The notes: generated by a model from the sequence alone, not told the origin. A stretch of 64,000 nucleotides of DNA from Tubulanus polymorphus (GCF_964204645.1 NC_134027.1:25692560-25756559); one strand, 5' to 3'. Numbered from the stretch's first letter, positions 12,601-26,957 are shown. Program-made: numbers and translations.

Positions 12601-14592
12601 CTAACTGACCTTGACCCAATTCTAACCCTCACAGTTGAATTCACGATTGTGAATTAAGACTTAACTTCAAACGAATTGATATTGAACTAATTTGAATATT
12701 ATAGATGATGATCTTTATTCATGCATTAAACTGAACTGAACTGAACTGAACCGACCCTCAGAAAGTCACATCATAAGCCGATAATTTACTCACAATCACA
12801 AATCACACGGATTCCCCCCCAAAAAAAACATAGATCAATTTGAATTTTGATTTGAAGTGTACCTACGCTCAGATATAAAGAATATATAAGATTAAAACCC
12901 GATAAATGTAAATTCAAACGATTGAAAATAAAATTTATTCATCAAAAATTGATATAAAGAAAAGACATGACGTTTGGAGCGCTCTATAGAAGCCATCATC
13001 AGTTATGAAAAATAACTATGTCACGATAAATAATTTTCATTTTCAGTCTTTTGAATTTTGTATAAAGCGGGTTTAAATCTGATCAATTTGAAGACTTTTG
13101 ATATGAATGAATGATATATATGAGCATACCACAAAGTGTATTAGAACTAGATATCTGTATTAGTCAATGAGCTAGCAAAACAACTAAACAAAACCAAACA
13201 ACAAAAAATGTCCACTACCATTAAACGATGTATGTTTTATATCATAATCCGAAGATATATTTGGCTTCCCCGATATTTTTGGAGCACTCTGTACGCATCA
13301 GCTTTATTTGTGAGCTGCATGGTATATATATTGCCCAATAGAATACAATTCGGGCCAGACCCCTCAAATTAGTAAACAGTCCAGTTTGGTCTATGATTAA
13401 GTACATCCGACCTGATGTGGGCATATATGAAAAAAGTTCAGGTTTTACCATGTCCTACACTTGCTTCGTGTGATGAGTGTCCATTATTGCTTACAACGCC
13501 AGCCATTTCCGATATGTTTTCAAACTGTTCCATTTCGATTGCAAATGATTCAATGCCTCGTCCAGGTCATGCATGTTAAACTATGGAAAGAGTAAAGAAA
13601 TATCCATGAAAATTGATTGACTGCTAAAATCGCGCGCTATACAATTCAAGGCACTTGTGTTTTATATCTCAAAATACCCACTATACGAAAGTTTAAGAGT
13701 TGTCTTGAAGTTTCGACTGAGATGTAATTAGCCATTTTCAAAACTGCTTCATTTCCGAAAACGCTCTCTTACCTACTTTCTCTCTTAAACCTCTGTTATT
13801 GTCACAACTATTTCGGATGTGAATCAGTTAAGAAAATTGGCTCTTAAATTCTGAGTCGAAATTTCATGATTTGTCTTCGTGGGTTTTAGACAGACAACAG
13901 GAGCTGGTTCCACTAGTTCGAGGTGAGATAAGTTAATTTTCAATGTTTCGACTGTTAAAGAATTAAATTTTTACCCAGAACTGTTGAATTGGTTGGAAGA
14001 AAAAATCTACAACATGAAGAAAAAGCTAAGAGAGTATTTGACGGTTTGACTCAATTATACGAGCCATTTTTGAAATTGATTTTTGGAAAAATTTTTCAAA
14101 ACTCTATCAGTTATGAAAAAGGTTTATAGAACTGAGATGAAACACAAAATACTCTCTTAGTTTTTCTTCATATTGTGGCCTTTCGTCAATTGAATTAAGT
14201 AGTCTCTTGTCTGTGGAACCAGGTCCAAAATATTTGTCTACGGAAACCGACACTTGACTTGTATAGTATAGAAATTTTTCACTGAAAATTTTTTCGAGAA
14301 ATTCACTTTCTAGCTGTATATTCATCTCTGTTAGTAGTTATTCGTTTTATATATGATTGATTATTCGTCGAAAATTTTCATCTTTTTTTAAAAAAAATTC
14401 CTAATCTTTTTCTTGCAAATATTAATTTCGATAATCGATATTTCTTAATTACGAAGTAAAATAGTTGCATGCCGAAATCGTAGATATCTTAAATAGTATA
14501 GATGAGCTATAGTAATACTTTAGATCAAGAACTGATATGAAATAAATGAAATTTTGTTTTTCATTTTTTTTTTTTGTCGGTGTTTTTTCTAG

Positions 14593-14826
14593 ACGCCGAT
14601 GGACCGACCGGTAACTCGCATGCGCCCGGGACAAACAAAGCCGTCAATAACGACGAAATCGAAGTCAAAATCAACGACGGCAAAAAAGACATCGACGAAA
14701 ACAACAAAGAGGAAATCGCGGAAACGGAAGTGCCGGAACCGGTCGTGAAGAAATCGTCCGGACGTAAAGAGAAATCAGTTCTACAAGCGAAACTGACAAA
14801 ATTAGCGATTCAAATCGGTTATGGAG
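14593..14826 (+). CDS. ATP2B: PMCA exon (…KEKSVLQAKLTKLAIQIGYG)
   Basis: Conserved KSVLQAKLTKLA motif. ctag acceptor and G|gtaagt donor. Confidence 0.95.
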
Positions 14827-15220
14827 GTAAGTTGATATTGTGGTCTCATTCAGGTTACTCGTCTACTTAAAGCTTAACTCAGGTTAACTCAACATCCGAC
14901 CAGATCGTTGGATCGTAAACAGTCAAGCCTGTGATTTTCTAAAAACTGCCGCGATGGACCGTTCGTAAGATAGAACAAGTTCTATTCCCTACGATTGATC
15001 TTTACCTTGTCGTATCCAATCAGCAACGAGTATTGCGTCACATGACCTATAGACTCGGCGATGATCAAGTCGTAGTCGACCTGAGTGCGTTTAAGATCGT
15101 GAGACAAATGAAGTAACAAAGTGTTCTACGAATTGTGTCAATTTTAATTAAAATTGTTGTCAAGATCTTTGAGATTTTTTCAAAGTGATGAGCTTTTCAG
15201 AAATAAATTATTATTATTAC

Positions 15221-15259
<39 letters not shown>

Positions 15260-15261
15260 AG

Positions 15262-15464
15262 GAACCGCCGTGGCTGTTTTGACCGTCATTATTCTGATCG
15301 TCGGTTTTTGCGTCACTGAATTCGCCATCGGTAAAAAAGAATGGAGCGCTCGCTACATCCAGGAGTTTGTGAAATATTTCATTATCGGTGTTACAGTTCT
15401 CGTCGTAGCGGTGCCAGAAGGGCTTCCACTAGCTGTCACATTAGCGCTCGCGTACTCAGTTAGG
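15262..15464 (+). CDS. ATP2B: PMCA exon TM3-TM4 ([20 protein letters not shown])
   Basis: PEGLPL Ca-binding motif; canonical splice sites. Confidence 0.97.
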
Positions 15465-16039
15465 GTATGTATATATCGAGGTGGACGTCTGCCATTAACT
15501 ACGAGAGTGTCGCAATCTTATTGTGTAAATACATTCAGCCTTGTGATTATTGTTAGTTTGTTCAGTTCTCAGTAAAGTGTGTACCACTCTCTCTCTCTCT
15601 CTCTCTCTGAGGGCAGTGAATCATTAAATGCAGGAATTTTACTTCCGAAAATCAACAACGCTATCGTAAATACACCGCATGTATGCAATTGTATTTACAT
15701 GACCGCATGTACATGACTATTACTATTTTGCCCGTGACAAGACGATGAGTTTAGCTCTTGTTGACTTTACTTTGTATTTGTTCTACCCTCACAAAATGTT
15801 CTTTGTCCTTATCAATATTGGCAGATACTTCATAAAATGTATATTACAAGAAATAATCGCCTTTGTATATTTGTTATCACCGCCATACCAAATTAACTGT
15901 GCACAACTAAAAATACATTTATATCTTAAATTTTTACTCTACAAGTATTACTATAAAATTACTTATTAACTGAATTTCACACATTTTGTCATGGATGATC
16001 ATATCATTGTACAATTTACTCCTACTGTACCTGTTTATA

Positions 16040-16675
16040 CGGTATAAATGTACTATCGCACAGTTCTACTGTACATGTATCATCACACTGTTCTACTGCA
16101 CATGTATTATCATACAGTTCTACTGTACATGTATCATCACACTGTTCTACTGCACATGTATTATCATACAGTTCTACTGTACATGTATCATCACACTGTT
16201 CTACTGAACATGTATTATCATACAGTTCTACTGTACATGTATTATCATACAGTTCTACTGTACATGTATTATCATACAGTTCTACTGTACATGTATTATC
16301 ATACAGTTCTACTGTTCATGTATTATCACACAGTTCTACTGTACATGTATTATCATACAGTTCTACTGTACATGTATCATCACACTGTTCTACTGAACAT
16401 GTATTATCATACAGTTCTACTGTACATGTATTATCATACAGTTCTACTGTACATGTATTATCATACAGTTCTACTGTACATGTATTATCATACAGTTCTA
16501 CTGTTCATGTATTATCACACAGTTCTACTGTACATGTATTATCATACAGTTCTATTGTACATGTATCATCACACTGTTCTACTGTACATGTATTATCGCA
16601 CAGTTCTACTGAACATGTACTATCACACAGTTCTGCTGTACATGTATCATCACACTGTTCTACTGTACATGTATT
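16040..16675. repeat. 27-bp minisatellite (~23 copies)
   Basis: Unit tactgtacatgtattatcatacagttc. Confidence 0.97.
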
Positions 16676-16695
16676 TTATAAATTGACTCTTGTAG

Positions 16696-16860
<165 letters not shown>

Positions 16861-16939
16861 TAAAATAAATGTGTAAATGTGTATTAGATAAAGATAGATA
16901 AATAGATTAGAGTAACCATTTTCTGAAAACTTAGATCCT

Positions 16940-17078
16940 AGGACCGGTTGCATAGTCATGGCTTAGACTTAAGACCAGTCTAAGACCAACTTTGTTCTAT
17001 AGCTATTCTAACAAATTGAGACCGGTCTTAAGATTTAAGACCACTTTTGGACTTAAGTCACGACTGTGCAACTGGCTC
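16940..17078. mobile_element. Member of an abundant short interspersed family (cttaagaccagtc...gttctatagc). Other copies near 940, 7790, 23400, 32260, 53700.
   Basis: Recurrent motifs with cc.gttgca ... tgcaactgg termini. Confidence 0.65.
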
Positions 17079-17154
17079 CTAAAGATTAAAGGATTTGATT
17101 GGAATTCATCGGAAACTTAAATTTATTAATGATATTTCGATTTTTCCTTTGCAG

Positions 17155-17261
17155 CGAAGCATTATAAAGAAGTGCCCAGTTATAGCAGCATTCCGCAAGA
17201 AGTCGGACAAATTCTGATTAGATCAATAGCGATTAATAGCGGATATACATCACGTGTAATG
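17155..17261 (+). CDS. ATP2B: PMCA exon (N domain, SIAINSGYTSRVM)
   Basis: Phase-consistent; gcag acceptor and gtaagt donor. Confidence 0.93.
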
Positions 17262-17288
17262 GTAAGTGATCTGTAAACTCCTCACGCC

Positions 17289-17720
17289 TTGTCCGCTCTG
17301 TAGGCCTACAACTTGTCCGCTCTGTAGGCCTACAACTTGTCCGCTCTGTAGGCCTACAACTTGTCTGCTCTGTAGGCCTACGACTTGTCAGCTCTGTAGG
17401 CCTACAACTTGTCTGCTCTGACTGTACAAGTTGTCCACTCCGTACGGCTTGTCCCAGCTTGCGATGAGATGATATCCTTCATTCTTTCTGAAAATCATTG
17501 CAGGCGGATCAGCTATTAGATAACTCGAAGTGACAATGATGGCTGGTCCGGAACTATGAGATAACTCATAGAGGCAATGATGGTTGGTCAGGAACTATGA
17601 GATAACTTGTAGTGACATATGATGGCTGATCTGGAACTATGATATAACTCATAGTGACAATGATGGCTGAACTGTAACTACGAGATAACTCATAGTGACA
17701 ATGATGGCCGAACTGGAACT
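17289..17720. repeat. 26-bp and ~41-bp intronic tandem repeats
   Basis: ttgtccgctctgtaggcctacaac x5, then gataactcatagtgacaatgatggc x5. Confidence 0.85.
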
Positions 17721-17762
17721 ACAATTATAAATTACTATTTCTGTTGTTTCTCTCTATTTCAG

Positions 17763-18004
17763 AAACCTGCAGTTGAAGGAGACCTACCAAAACAGCTCGG
17801 CAACAAAACTGAATGCGCCCTTCTCGGATTCGTGATGGAACTCGGTCAGGATTACCACGCCATCCGAGAAGAGATGCCCGAGGAACGGTTACATAAAGTT
17901 TACACGTTCAACTCTGTGAGAAAGTCAATGAGTACGGTCGTGCCTCTCGACGGAAATAACTATCGGTTATATACTAAAGGTGCTTCTGAAATCGTACTAA
18001 AAAA
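17763..18004 (+). CDS. ATP2B: PMCA exon ([11 protein letters not shown]...[10 protein letters not shown]...KGASE)
   Basis: ATP-binding KGASE motif; canonical splice sites. Confidence 0.96.
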
Positions 18005-18525
18005 GTAAGTCATCAGACATTGAGAACTTTACCGCGTAGAAAATTTTACTATTTGATAAAAACTAATTCAGAAAGGTTTGGATTGGCAAAATTGACTATT
18101 TGGACGATGATTAAGTCGGATTTTGAGACATTTTACTGAGAAAATTCGACTTAGAAAATCAAGATTCACTTATACATACATCAAGAACAGCTGAGCTGTC
18201 TATATTGTATAACGTTGTGGGGAGAAAACTGGTCACAAATGGACACAGGTTGACTGTGACATGATTGCATTACAGAAGATTTGCGACTCATTGTTATTTG
18301 TGATGCTGGTAGGGTATATGGGTTGACGGGCCTTTGCATCACGATTGTCACTGGCGATCACAGAGAATAACGTCAATAGTCACTGATAGTCGCAAGGCCG
18401 ACCTATGCCCAACTTAAATTGAAATCTTAGATTTACGAAGACTTAGCGGGCACCTTAATTACGAAAAAATGTCATCTTTTCATTTTCGTGTAATATTTCG
18501 ATTCTTTTCTCGTCGTCGTCTCCAG

Positions 18526-18668
18526 ATGTTCGTTTATACTCGGGCCAGACGGACGTCCACGACCTTTCACCCATCATCACTTAGAGGATATGATACAGAA
18601 CGTCATCGAGCCGATGGCCTCAGACGGATTACGTACGATCTGTTTGGCGTACAAAGATTTCGTCAAAG
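18526..18668 (+). CDS. ATP2B: PMCA exon (VIEPMASDGLRTICLAYKDF)
   Basis: Conserved motif; phase 2 to phase 1. Confidence 0.96.
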
Positions 18669-21110
18669 GTGAGAAATTGAAATATTCGTTTGTTAATATA
18701 TATTTTACGCGCAAAAAAAAATTAATGTTCGTCAGTTGGTCACCATGGCGACATTTTTCAAAGCAGTGCCAGTTCATCCTTGTGAATTTAGAGCGTGACA
18801 TGTTCTTATTAAGAGATTATTATTTTAGAAAATTGCAGTTATTTGTCTAGCATCGGATAAATTAACTTGTCAATGTTATATTCAATTTGTGTATAAATGT
18901 TTCCCATTAATATGATAGTTATTTCTCAAAATAGTGACGTGGATATTTACTAAAAGTAGTGATTTTATTTAAAGTTCTAAATTTTAACTTTAATTGCTGA
19001 TGATCTTGATTTTATTTTTGGTATGAAGCCACAATGAGCAGTAAACCTTGCGCACAAAAAAATTAAGACCTAACTAAAATTCTCTCTGGAAAAAGCAAAA
19101 TTTACATTACAACTCTTATTGTACATGTACACAATAAAGTTTTACGTTTTGAATTGTACATTCATTCACCACTAGGATTTCAGTGACCACTGCTTTGAAA
19201 AGTACCGACCGATTATTTGTGTGTAGTTTATGGCAGTCATCACATGTGGTTAGAGAAATGAAACAACGAACACCAATTCAAATATTGGATCCAGTTCCAC
19301 GGTTCTCCTCAGAACTGCCGAACCGGGTTCAGTATTTTAAGATTGAGGTTCCGTTTTAATTTCTCGAAAAACCGCGATCATTGTTTTTCATGACCGACGT
19401 GCACTCAACAGACGCATCCGTCTTTAAGACGGGCTGCTTGAAAAAAACCAACCAAAAAGTGTCTCCTAAACTTGTGACATTTAAAACCACTGCTGTGTTT
19501 TTGCATGAAGGGACCAGTTGCTGAGAAGTTGGTTAAAGTTAACCAATGGATAGTTGACAAAGTGACAATTCGAAGTTCGTTGTTACTATGGTATTTATCC
19601 GCCAGTTCTCTTTTACCAACTTTAGAGCAACTGAGGCCCAAGGTTGTCATGTTAGTGGCTGCATTTTACTAATCGATAATTGATAATTGATAATCAAAAA
19701 TATAGATCACTGCGTCGTTGATTGCTGTGAAAATTTCTCACTTTCTCGTCGAACGTGGCGTTAATTTAGTCAGAAAGAAATTACACACTTGTCGAGTTTG
19801 TTTTTTGCGCTTGTTTTGAATATTCACCGATTCTCGATTCTATAACTATGCTGCAGAGCTGAGTGTACGTTCCCCTCGCACCTGCGCCCCGCGAGCCTCG
19901 TAGATGTTATTGACTACTAACTACCGTGGAATTGAGAAAAACTTAAGCATTCGAAAAAAACTTCTTCAAGGCTGATTTGCTTTGATCCAACAACAAGCAC
20001 ATAGGTTTTGGTGGCTGAAATTGTTTGAAAAGTTTTATGAAAATATAAGCTTATATTTGGCTTTGATACAACAGACTGCATTAGGTAGATTAGTCTTAGC
20101 GAAAACCATTGATGAAACATTCTGAGTCCATATTGTGACAATACTATAAAATCGCACATTAAAAATGGTGAAAAGTTTCCTTGAGCAAGTAGTTTATTCA
20201 ACATTTCATGTATTCTGGAAGATAATAACTATTAGGATGAAGTTGGAATGTTGAAAAAAACTACTAGCTCAAAGAAATGTTCGAACTCTGTTTTTGCCTT
20301 TTTTGTGTGGGATCTTATATCATTATCGTAGTGAAATTTTGGCGGAGAAAATGCCGACACCAAGAGGCCAGCATCACACTCGCTCGAGTGGTCAGTGGTT
20401 GGAGAATTAACTTTTAGATTTAGAAATAGAAATAGGGCTTTAATTTTTGATTGCCTCACTTCTGCAATCTAAAAAAAATCATTTTCAAATCTGAAATATT
20501 GATGTACGCGAAATGAACTTTAGAAAGGGATCTTTTGCGCTAGTGAAGAGCACACTCCCTCATGTCGTGCAGTTACCCCTTAAATATATGCATTGATGTT
20601 CTTTTTGTGAATGTTTGGTGTCTTGTAAATAAATTCATCATTTTATATCATTGCTATATTCGTTATATCGATATTTGATTTTTCGAAAAAAAAGTTGATA
20701 ATTACAATATTTATTATTGTTTTTAAAGCGCAAGAGCTTTAATTCAAATGCTGCGTATAATATGAATAAACAGGAGTTTAGAAGTATTTTTAATAATTGT
20801 TTGATATTTTTTTCAAAAGTTCGTCACAAATACACTCGACAGGACAATTCTAAAGGTAATCTTTGATTTTTGAGTATGTTGGATTAAATGCATCATCGGC
20901 CTTGGTAGATTTACGTTTTCGGGACGATCCCTTGAGCAGACTTTTCCGTCTGCTTACGATTCCCGATAAAATTCTCCCTTGTCGGTGGTTAGGGGTGCAT
21001 GTAGACCGGGTATAGCTCGCCGCTGCAGCATGGAATAGCTTTGGGTTTCGATAGTAGCCAAAGCCAAAAGGATGTAGTCTAAGCAAAAAAGTTATGGTCT
21101 ATTTTTCCAG

Positions 21111-21146
21111 TGGAAAAGGGCTCGAACCCACCTGAAGATGAAGAAG
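21111..21146 (+). CDS. ATP2B: Candidate 36-nt PMCA cassette exon in the N domain (VEKGSNPPEDEE)
   Basis: tttttccag|TGGAAAAGGG...GAAGAAG|gtaaca. Phase 1-1, purine-rich and ESE-like. Confidence 0.65.
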
Positions 21147-23080
21147 GTAACAACTATATAATGAGTAATGTTGTGCACTGAGCTAATGCGATTATTTATG
21201 AATTCTTTCTTAAATATTTCCTTCGAATAACGGCGGCCATTTTGAATAAATTTGCATATTTTACTCACAAATTTGAATATAGATTATCCGGTTTATTTTG
21301 AATTGGATGTGAATCAGAACTCAATTTTTGTTTCTGATTGGTTTATCAATGTATGTTGACCAATTAGAGATAAATTAACATATAACAAGTAAGCTGTAAC
21401 ACCTCACAGTACATTGACCAATCAGTAATCTTTTAACATGCTCGCTGTGAATCAATTAGAATGTTCTCAGTTCTAATTGGTCGATTGCCAAACTCTAAAT
21501 ATGAATATTATGTCGACCAATAGCTCTTATGAAAATAATTCAAAATGGCTGTTGTTATATTTTATGAAGCAGATTATATTTTGCTCATAAGATGAGAAAT
21601 TACCTGTTTTTAACTTAACCACCACTTCAAATCCCACTTCATCGATCGAAGGGAGTCCAGTTACTCATTATGTTTAGACCAGTGTTTAAAAACTACCCAA
21701 ATTTGGGCGAAGTCTAACTTTACCGCCAAATGCAGAACTGGGTCCTGTTTTACATTAAACACTCTTCAAACAATTTGGCCTAGATCAGAACTTTATATCA
21801 TAAACAAAGTTGTTATGTAATTCTCGGATGTTTTTTAAAATTGTTTTTCCATTTGTAGTTCATGTAGCTTTTAACAGTGAAATCTGATCGCAAAAACGAC
21901 TTAATATTTTTCTCTCCGTAGTTTAGATTCCTATGAAGACATCGAAATGTAAAAACAAAAATTGTACAAAAAGCTCCAAAAATATCCCCTCCTCTGCCGT
22001 TCAAAAACATTCAATTACAATATCGTGACCCGACCTGGATATTCAGAATTCTAATGAAGCAGCAAATTTTGATAAAATTTCAAACCTAAATCAAAAGATA
22101 GGCGATAGTACTTGGAAAAATCTATCTTCTACCCTCAGTACAAGTACCAGGAGATTTTAATAGAATCAATTTTTGGAACACAACATTTTCGATATCTACA
22201 TTTTGTATTTTTATATGGGCTTTAAATATTTCGCTTGTTCAGAATAAGATCAATATAATGTATAGCAGTAACTAATCTAAAAAAAAACCAGATGATTGTA
22301 GGAATTAGTTTTATATTGTATGGCGTAGATAGAGTTCTGAAACCTATAGTTTTCCCCTCTCTTTGTTTCCTCTCTCTTCCTCTCTCTCTCTCTTCCTCTC
22401 TCTACCCTACGCTGTTGATAGTTATTTGAAGTCTCAAATTATTGTTATCATCACTTTTGAATATACATCTTCCACACCTGCCAGAGCTGCCTCCAGCCAT
22501 AAAGGCTCACTACGGGTTTTTGTATTGTTTGAAGTTTTGCCCCGGGGTAACGCCGGTATAAGTTTTTTATTCGCACAGTATTCACTTTTTCGCTCCTCTA
22601 AAACAATTACCTCATATCTGGTATAGGGATTTTTTGATGCACAGTTGCACTCAAGCACCACACTGTCTCATCTTTGAATTTGCCAATTCCTAACTTAATT
22701 TCATATCGCAGAGTTTAAAAATAATGAACAGAAAAAGAAATTGGACCCCAACTTTCCCCCCAATTTTAACTAACTTGGTAAATGGTTTGTAAGAATCTTC
22801 CATTATAACTGCTCAGTGAAGGTTACTTTCTAGTCACTGATTGTCAGATGGTAAACTTCCCAAAATGTCAAATATGGACATCTGAACTTTTATATTTTCA
22901 CATTCTTACGATCACCCCTCAAACCTGAACCAAGAAATATATGTGTATCCCTATTCAGGAAAGCTTTGTCCGTCTTAACGTTCCATGTTGTGAGTTTAAT
23001 GTATTCATCATGTGTAATACGAGTTGGATTTGGAAAATCTGTTTCCTCGAATTTCATTGAGTTTGTTGCGTTTATTTTAG

Positions 23081-23202
23081 GTCCGTCTGCGCCGAATCAG
23101 GTCCATTTCGAGTTTGAACCAAACTGGGAAGAAGAGGACAACATTGTATGCAACTTAACATGTATTTGCGTGACCGGTATTGAAGATCCGGTCCGACCAG
23201 AG
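23081..23202 (+). CDS. ATP2B: PMCA exon (EPNWEEE...GIEDPVRPE)
   Basis: DPVRPE motif; canonical splice sites. Confidence 0.96.
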
Positions 23203-23813
23203 GTACATTTCATCTCCGAAATTCATGTTCTTCGTAAAATACTGTATGATAAAAACATCAGTTAGCTTCTAGCGATTCTGGAAGATTTTTTCAATGATAA
23301 ACTTCAAGGTTATTGCTCAGTCAATGCTTTTGAGTCCAGTCTTAGCTCATAATGGTTCTACAACCAATCTTACTGCTTAAGACCGGCCAAAGCTTAGGGC
23401 TAGTTGTATAGTCACAGTTGACACTTAAGACCAGTCTTAGACCAACTTAGTTCTATACCCAATCAAACTACTTACCCAATCTAACTAACTACTTAAGATC
23501 AGTCTAGAGATTATCAGACCACTTTTGGTGTTAGATCTGGACTATGCAACTAGCCGCTCGGTTCTAATTCAATCTCACACCTTAAGACCTGTCTATGATC
23601 ATTTTGGTTCTAGAAACAACTTTTAACTAGTATTATGAGCGAAGACCATCACTGAACTCTCTATCACATCACTGCGCGACTATCCTCAGGGTTTAAAAAT
23701 ACGAGACTTATTTATATTTTCGAATGCCACATCATCATCACTCGAGGCACTCACTTCTACAAACGAGTTGCACATTTTTCCTATAGAGGAATTCGATTGA
23801 TTTATTTTCGCAG

Positions 23814-23993
23814 GTACCCGACGCCATCAAAAAATGTCAGCACGCCGGAATCACAGTTCGTATGGTAACCGGCGACAACGTAAACACAGCGCGATCGATC
23901 GCCACGAAATGTGGAATCATAAATCCTGGATCGGATTTCTTAGTTTTAGAAGGAAAAGAATTCAATAGGAGAATTCGCGATGAAAATGATGAG
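23814..23993 (+). CDS. ATP2B: PMCA exon ([16 protein letters not shown])
   Basis: TGDN motif. Confidence 0.97.
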
Positions 23994-24390
23994 GTAAGAA
24001 AGAGGTTCATTCAGTCGAATGACGTTTACCTATCATCCCTCAATGATGGTACATGTGCCCATTCCGCAGTGGTTTCCATAGACAAGAGACTATTTCCATA
24101 GACTATTTGTAAGTAGTTAAGACGATTTCCAGTCTTGATGAATATCATTGAGAGAAACTGTCTTTATGTTGAGTGGAAGAGAAACCCACGATTGAAAAGA
24201 AAAACTATCCTAGTATTGATATTTTGACTCTATTCTATTTGTCATTTTATGAATGGCTCATAGTCAAAACATCAAATGAATCATAAGAATCATTGGATTT
24301 GTTTGTTGTTTGTATTCTAAGATTTTTTCTTATACCTCCTCGGGGATCACCGCGTTTTTATAGCAAAACTCGAATTGTTTCTTCACGCAG

Positions 24391-24585
24391 GTCCAGCAGC
24401 ATTTATTAGATAAAGTATGGCCGCAGTTACGAGTGCTAGCTAGATCATCACCGCAGGATAAATATACACTAGTTAAAGGCATAATCGACAGTAAACTTAC
24501 GAGTAATCGTGAAGTAGTAGCAGTCACTGGCGATGGAACTAACGATGGTCCAGCTCTTAAAAAGGCTGATGTTGGATTTGCTATG
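24391..24585 (+). CDS. ATP2B: PMCA exon ([21 protein letters not shown])
   Basis: GDGTND hinge motif. Confidence 0.97.
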
Positions 24586-24998
24586 GTATGTATGCGGGAC
24601 ACCCTTATTAATGTTATGGGTGGTTTTGAATGGAATAAAGACCCTCGAGTCATTGGTTCCTCTGGCAAAACTTTGCTTTACCTAAGACTGTAGTTCGTAC
24701 ATCCCCATTGTAAGTGAATTGCTACAATTACATAAAGATTTGGAGAGAATGCTGTGAACAAGGCAAGGCATAACCATTGGAACAGAACTATATAACAGAC
24801 ACTTACATTTCTACAAAGTCTATTGAAAATCTAAAATCCCACACTGAGATCGGAAATTAAAATCTGAGAAGTTTCTTTTTAAAAATTACAACTATATCCT
24901 AATAGTCAGCTTCAGGAATACTCAATACTGGTAAACTACATGCCCAGCAGAACATTTCCAAATTATTTTTCATTCTTATTTTTCCGGAGGAGTGGTAA

Positions 24999-25241
<243 letters not shown>

Positions 25242-25645
25242 TAAAGGTTTCAAATGCTTGCCATTTATCTATATTGGTTGTGCTATGCCAGTTTCCACTA
25301 TAGTTCAGTTACTACTCGTAGTTCCAGTCCTTACCAGTTCCCAAGAGGTATCCCATAGTTCCAGCATAATACTGGACTTTGAAGCGTATCTTTGAACGTA
25401 TTTGTGAAGGAATATGAATTGTGGATTATATGAATTGTGGGTTGTGCTGTTCTGGAATAGGTAGAGCATATTCTAGTCGACATGAATATTCCAGAAGAGA
25501 GTTCCAGAATCGGTAGAGACCAATCATAACCTGCCTATATTTTGGATACTATGGTCGTAAGCGTCAAGTGGATGCAACCTTTTCGTCTCTCGAACAAGAA
25601 TGAGTTAATTCCGATGAAACTTATTCCTCTATCTCTACATTACAG

Positions 25646-25859
25646 GACAGTCCATTGAAAGCTATACAAATGTTGTGGGTGAATCTAATTATGGATACCC
25701 TTGCCTCGTTAGCGTTAGCAACCGAACTACCAACGCCAGAGCTGTTAGAACGAAAACCATATGGACGAACGAAAGCACTTATATCGAGAACTATGACGAA
25801 AAATATTCTCGGTCATTCGATATATCAATTAATTGTTATTTGTATTCTCTTATTCGTAG
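25646..25859 (+). CDS. ATP2B: PMCA exon TM6-TM7 ([20 protein letters not shown])
   Basis: Conserved motif. Confidence 0.97.
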
Positions 25860-26462
25860 GTAAGTTTCTTCATGATAGAGTTGTATATGAGTTAAACTAT
25901 TAGCCCTCAAGCCACCCTCATCCACCCTGCTTGTTGCTCATCAAGCCACCCTCATCGTCCTATCTATTGCTCCTCAAGCCACCCTCACCCGCCCTGCCTA
26001 TTGCTCCACCTGACTCTGCCCTGCCTGTTTCTCCTCAAGCCACCTGAATCTGCCCTGCCTAGTATTGCTCCTCAAGCTACCTGCTCCTCAAGCGGCCTGT
26101 GTCTGCCCTGCCTATTAGTCTTCAATCCGCCTGACTCTTTTTCATCTGATAAACAAAAACGGTTACAGTGGGATTCAAACCCATTAGCTTAGGATAAACT
26201 AGACACCCAAGACGTCAAAATTACAGACAGAAATCAACATCTTCCTGTTTGAAGTTCTCCAGTATTCTGAATAGGATAATTTTTTTACCATTTTGTCATC
26301 TGGAGTACCTGATAATCAGAGGCAATTGGATCTGTTGACAGTGCGCAGTGTACTGCGGTAATTTATGGCTGTGAATTTTGTTCAGCATTCCATTCTTTAG
26401 AACAAATTTGGTCTGGTGTCGTGGATAAAGTAAGTTCATCTTGTCTTGTTTTTTTTTCCTAG

Positions 26463-26674
26463 GTCATAGATGGCTGGATATTGATGATGGCCGGTACGCT
26501 GCGATGCATGCGCCGCCATCTCAACATTTCACCATCATTTTTAACACATTTGTCATGATGACACTGTTCAATGAGATCAACGCACGCAAGATCCATGGAC
26601 AGAGAAATGTTATATCTGGACTACATAGGAATCCTGTCTTCATTGGCATCTGGATTGGCACCATGATTGCTCAG
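26463..26674 (+). CDS. ATP2B: PMCA exon TM8-TM9 (HFTIIFNTFVMMTLFNEINARKIHG)
   Basis: Conserved motif. Confidence 0.97.
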
Positions 26675-26849
26675 GTAAAAGCATTACCTCATTTCAAGTT
26701 CTTGGTTTCTATATCCCCATTATGTTAATGTCCTATAGTGTTTCTATATCACCATTATGATGAATTGCAGTAGTTTCTACATCTTCATTCATACCCCAAT
26801 GTGCTTGCATTCACAATTATCTTTATTAATGATTTGTTCTAATTAACAG

Positions 26850-26957
26850 GTTATAATTGTACAAATTGGAGGTGTAGCATTCAGTACTGCAAAACTAACA
26901 CTTGAACATTGGATGTGGTCATTGTTCTTTGGTGTCGGAGAACTATTGTGGGGACAG
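26850..26957 (+). CDS. ATP2B: PMCA exon TM10 ([13 protein letters not shown]...ELLWGQ), splice site B equivalent
   Basis: 108-nt phase 0-0 exon, manual translation. Confidence 0.95.

Noticed and set aside
16048-16686. 212-aa ORF (MYYHTVLLY)n
   Set aside because: Translation of a 27-bp intronic minisatellite; a unit length divisible by 3 explains the open frame.
24330-24668. Antisense ORFs over PMCA exons (also 268-537, 27205-27468, 29415-29660)
   Set aside because: Shadows of the coding strand
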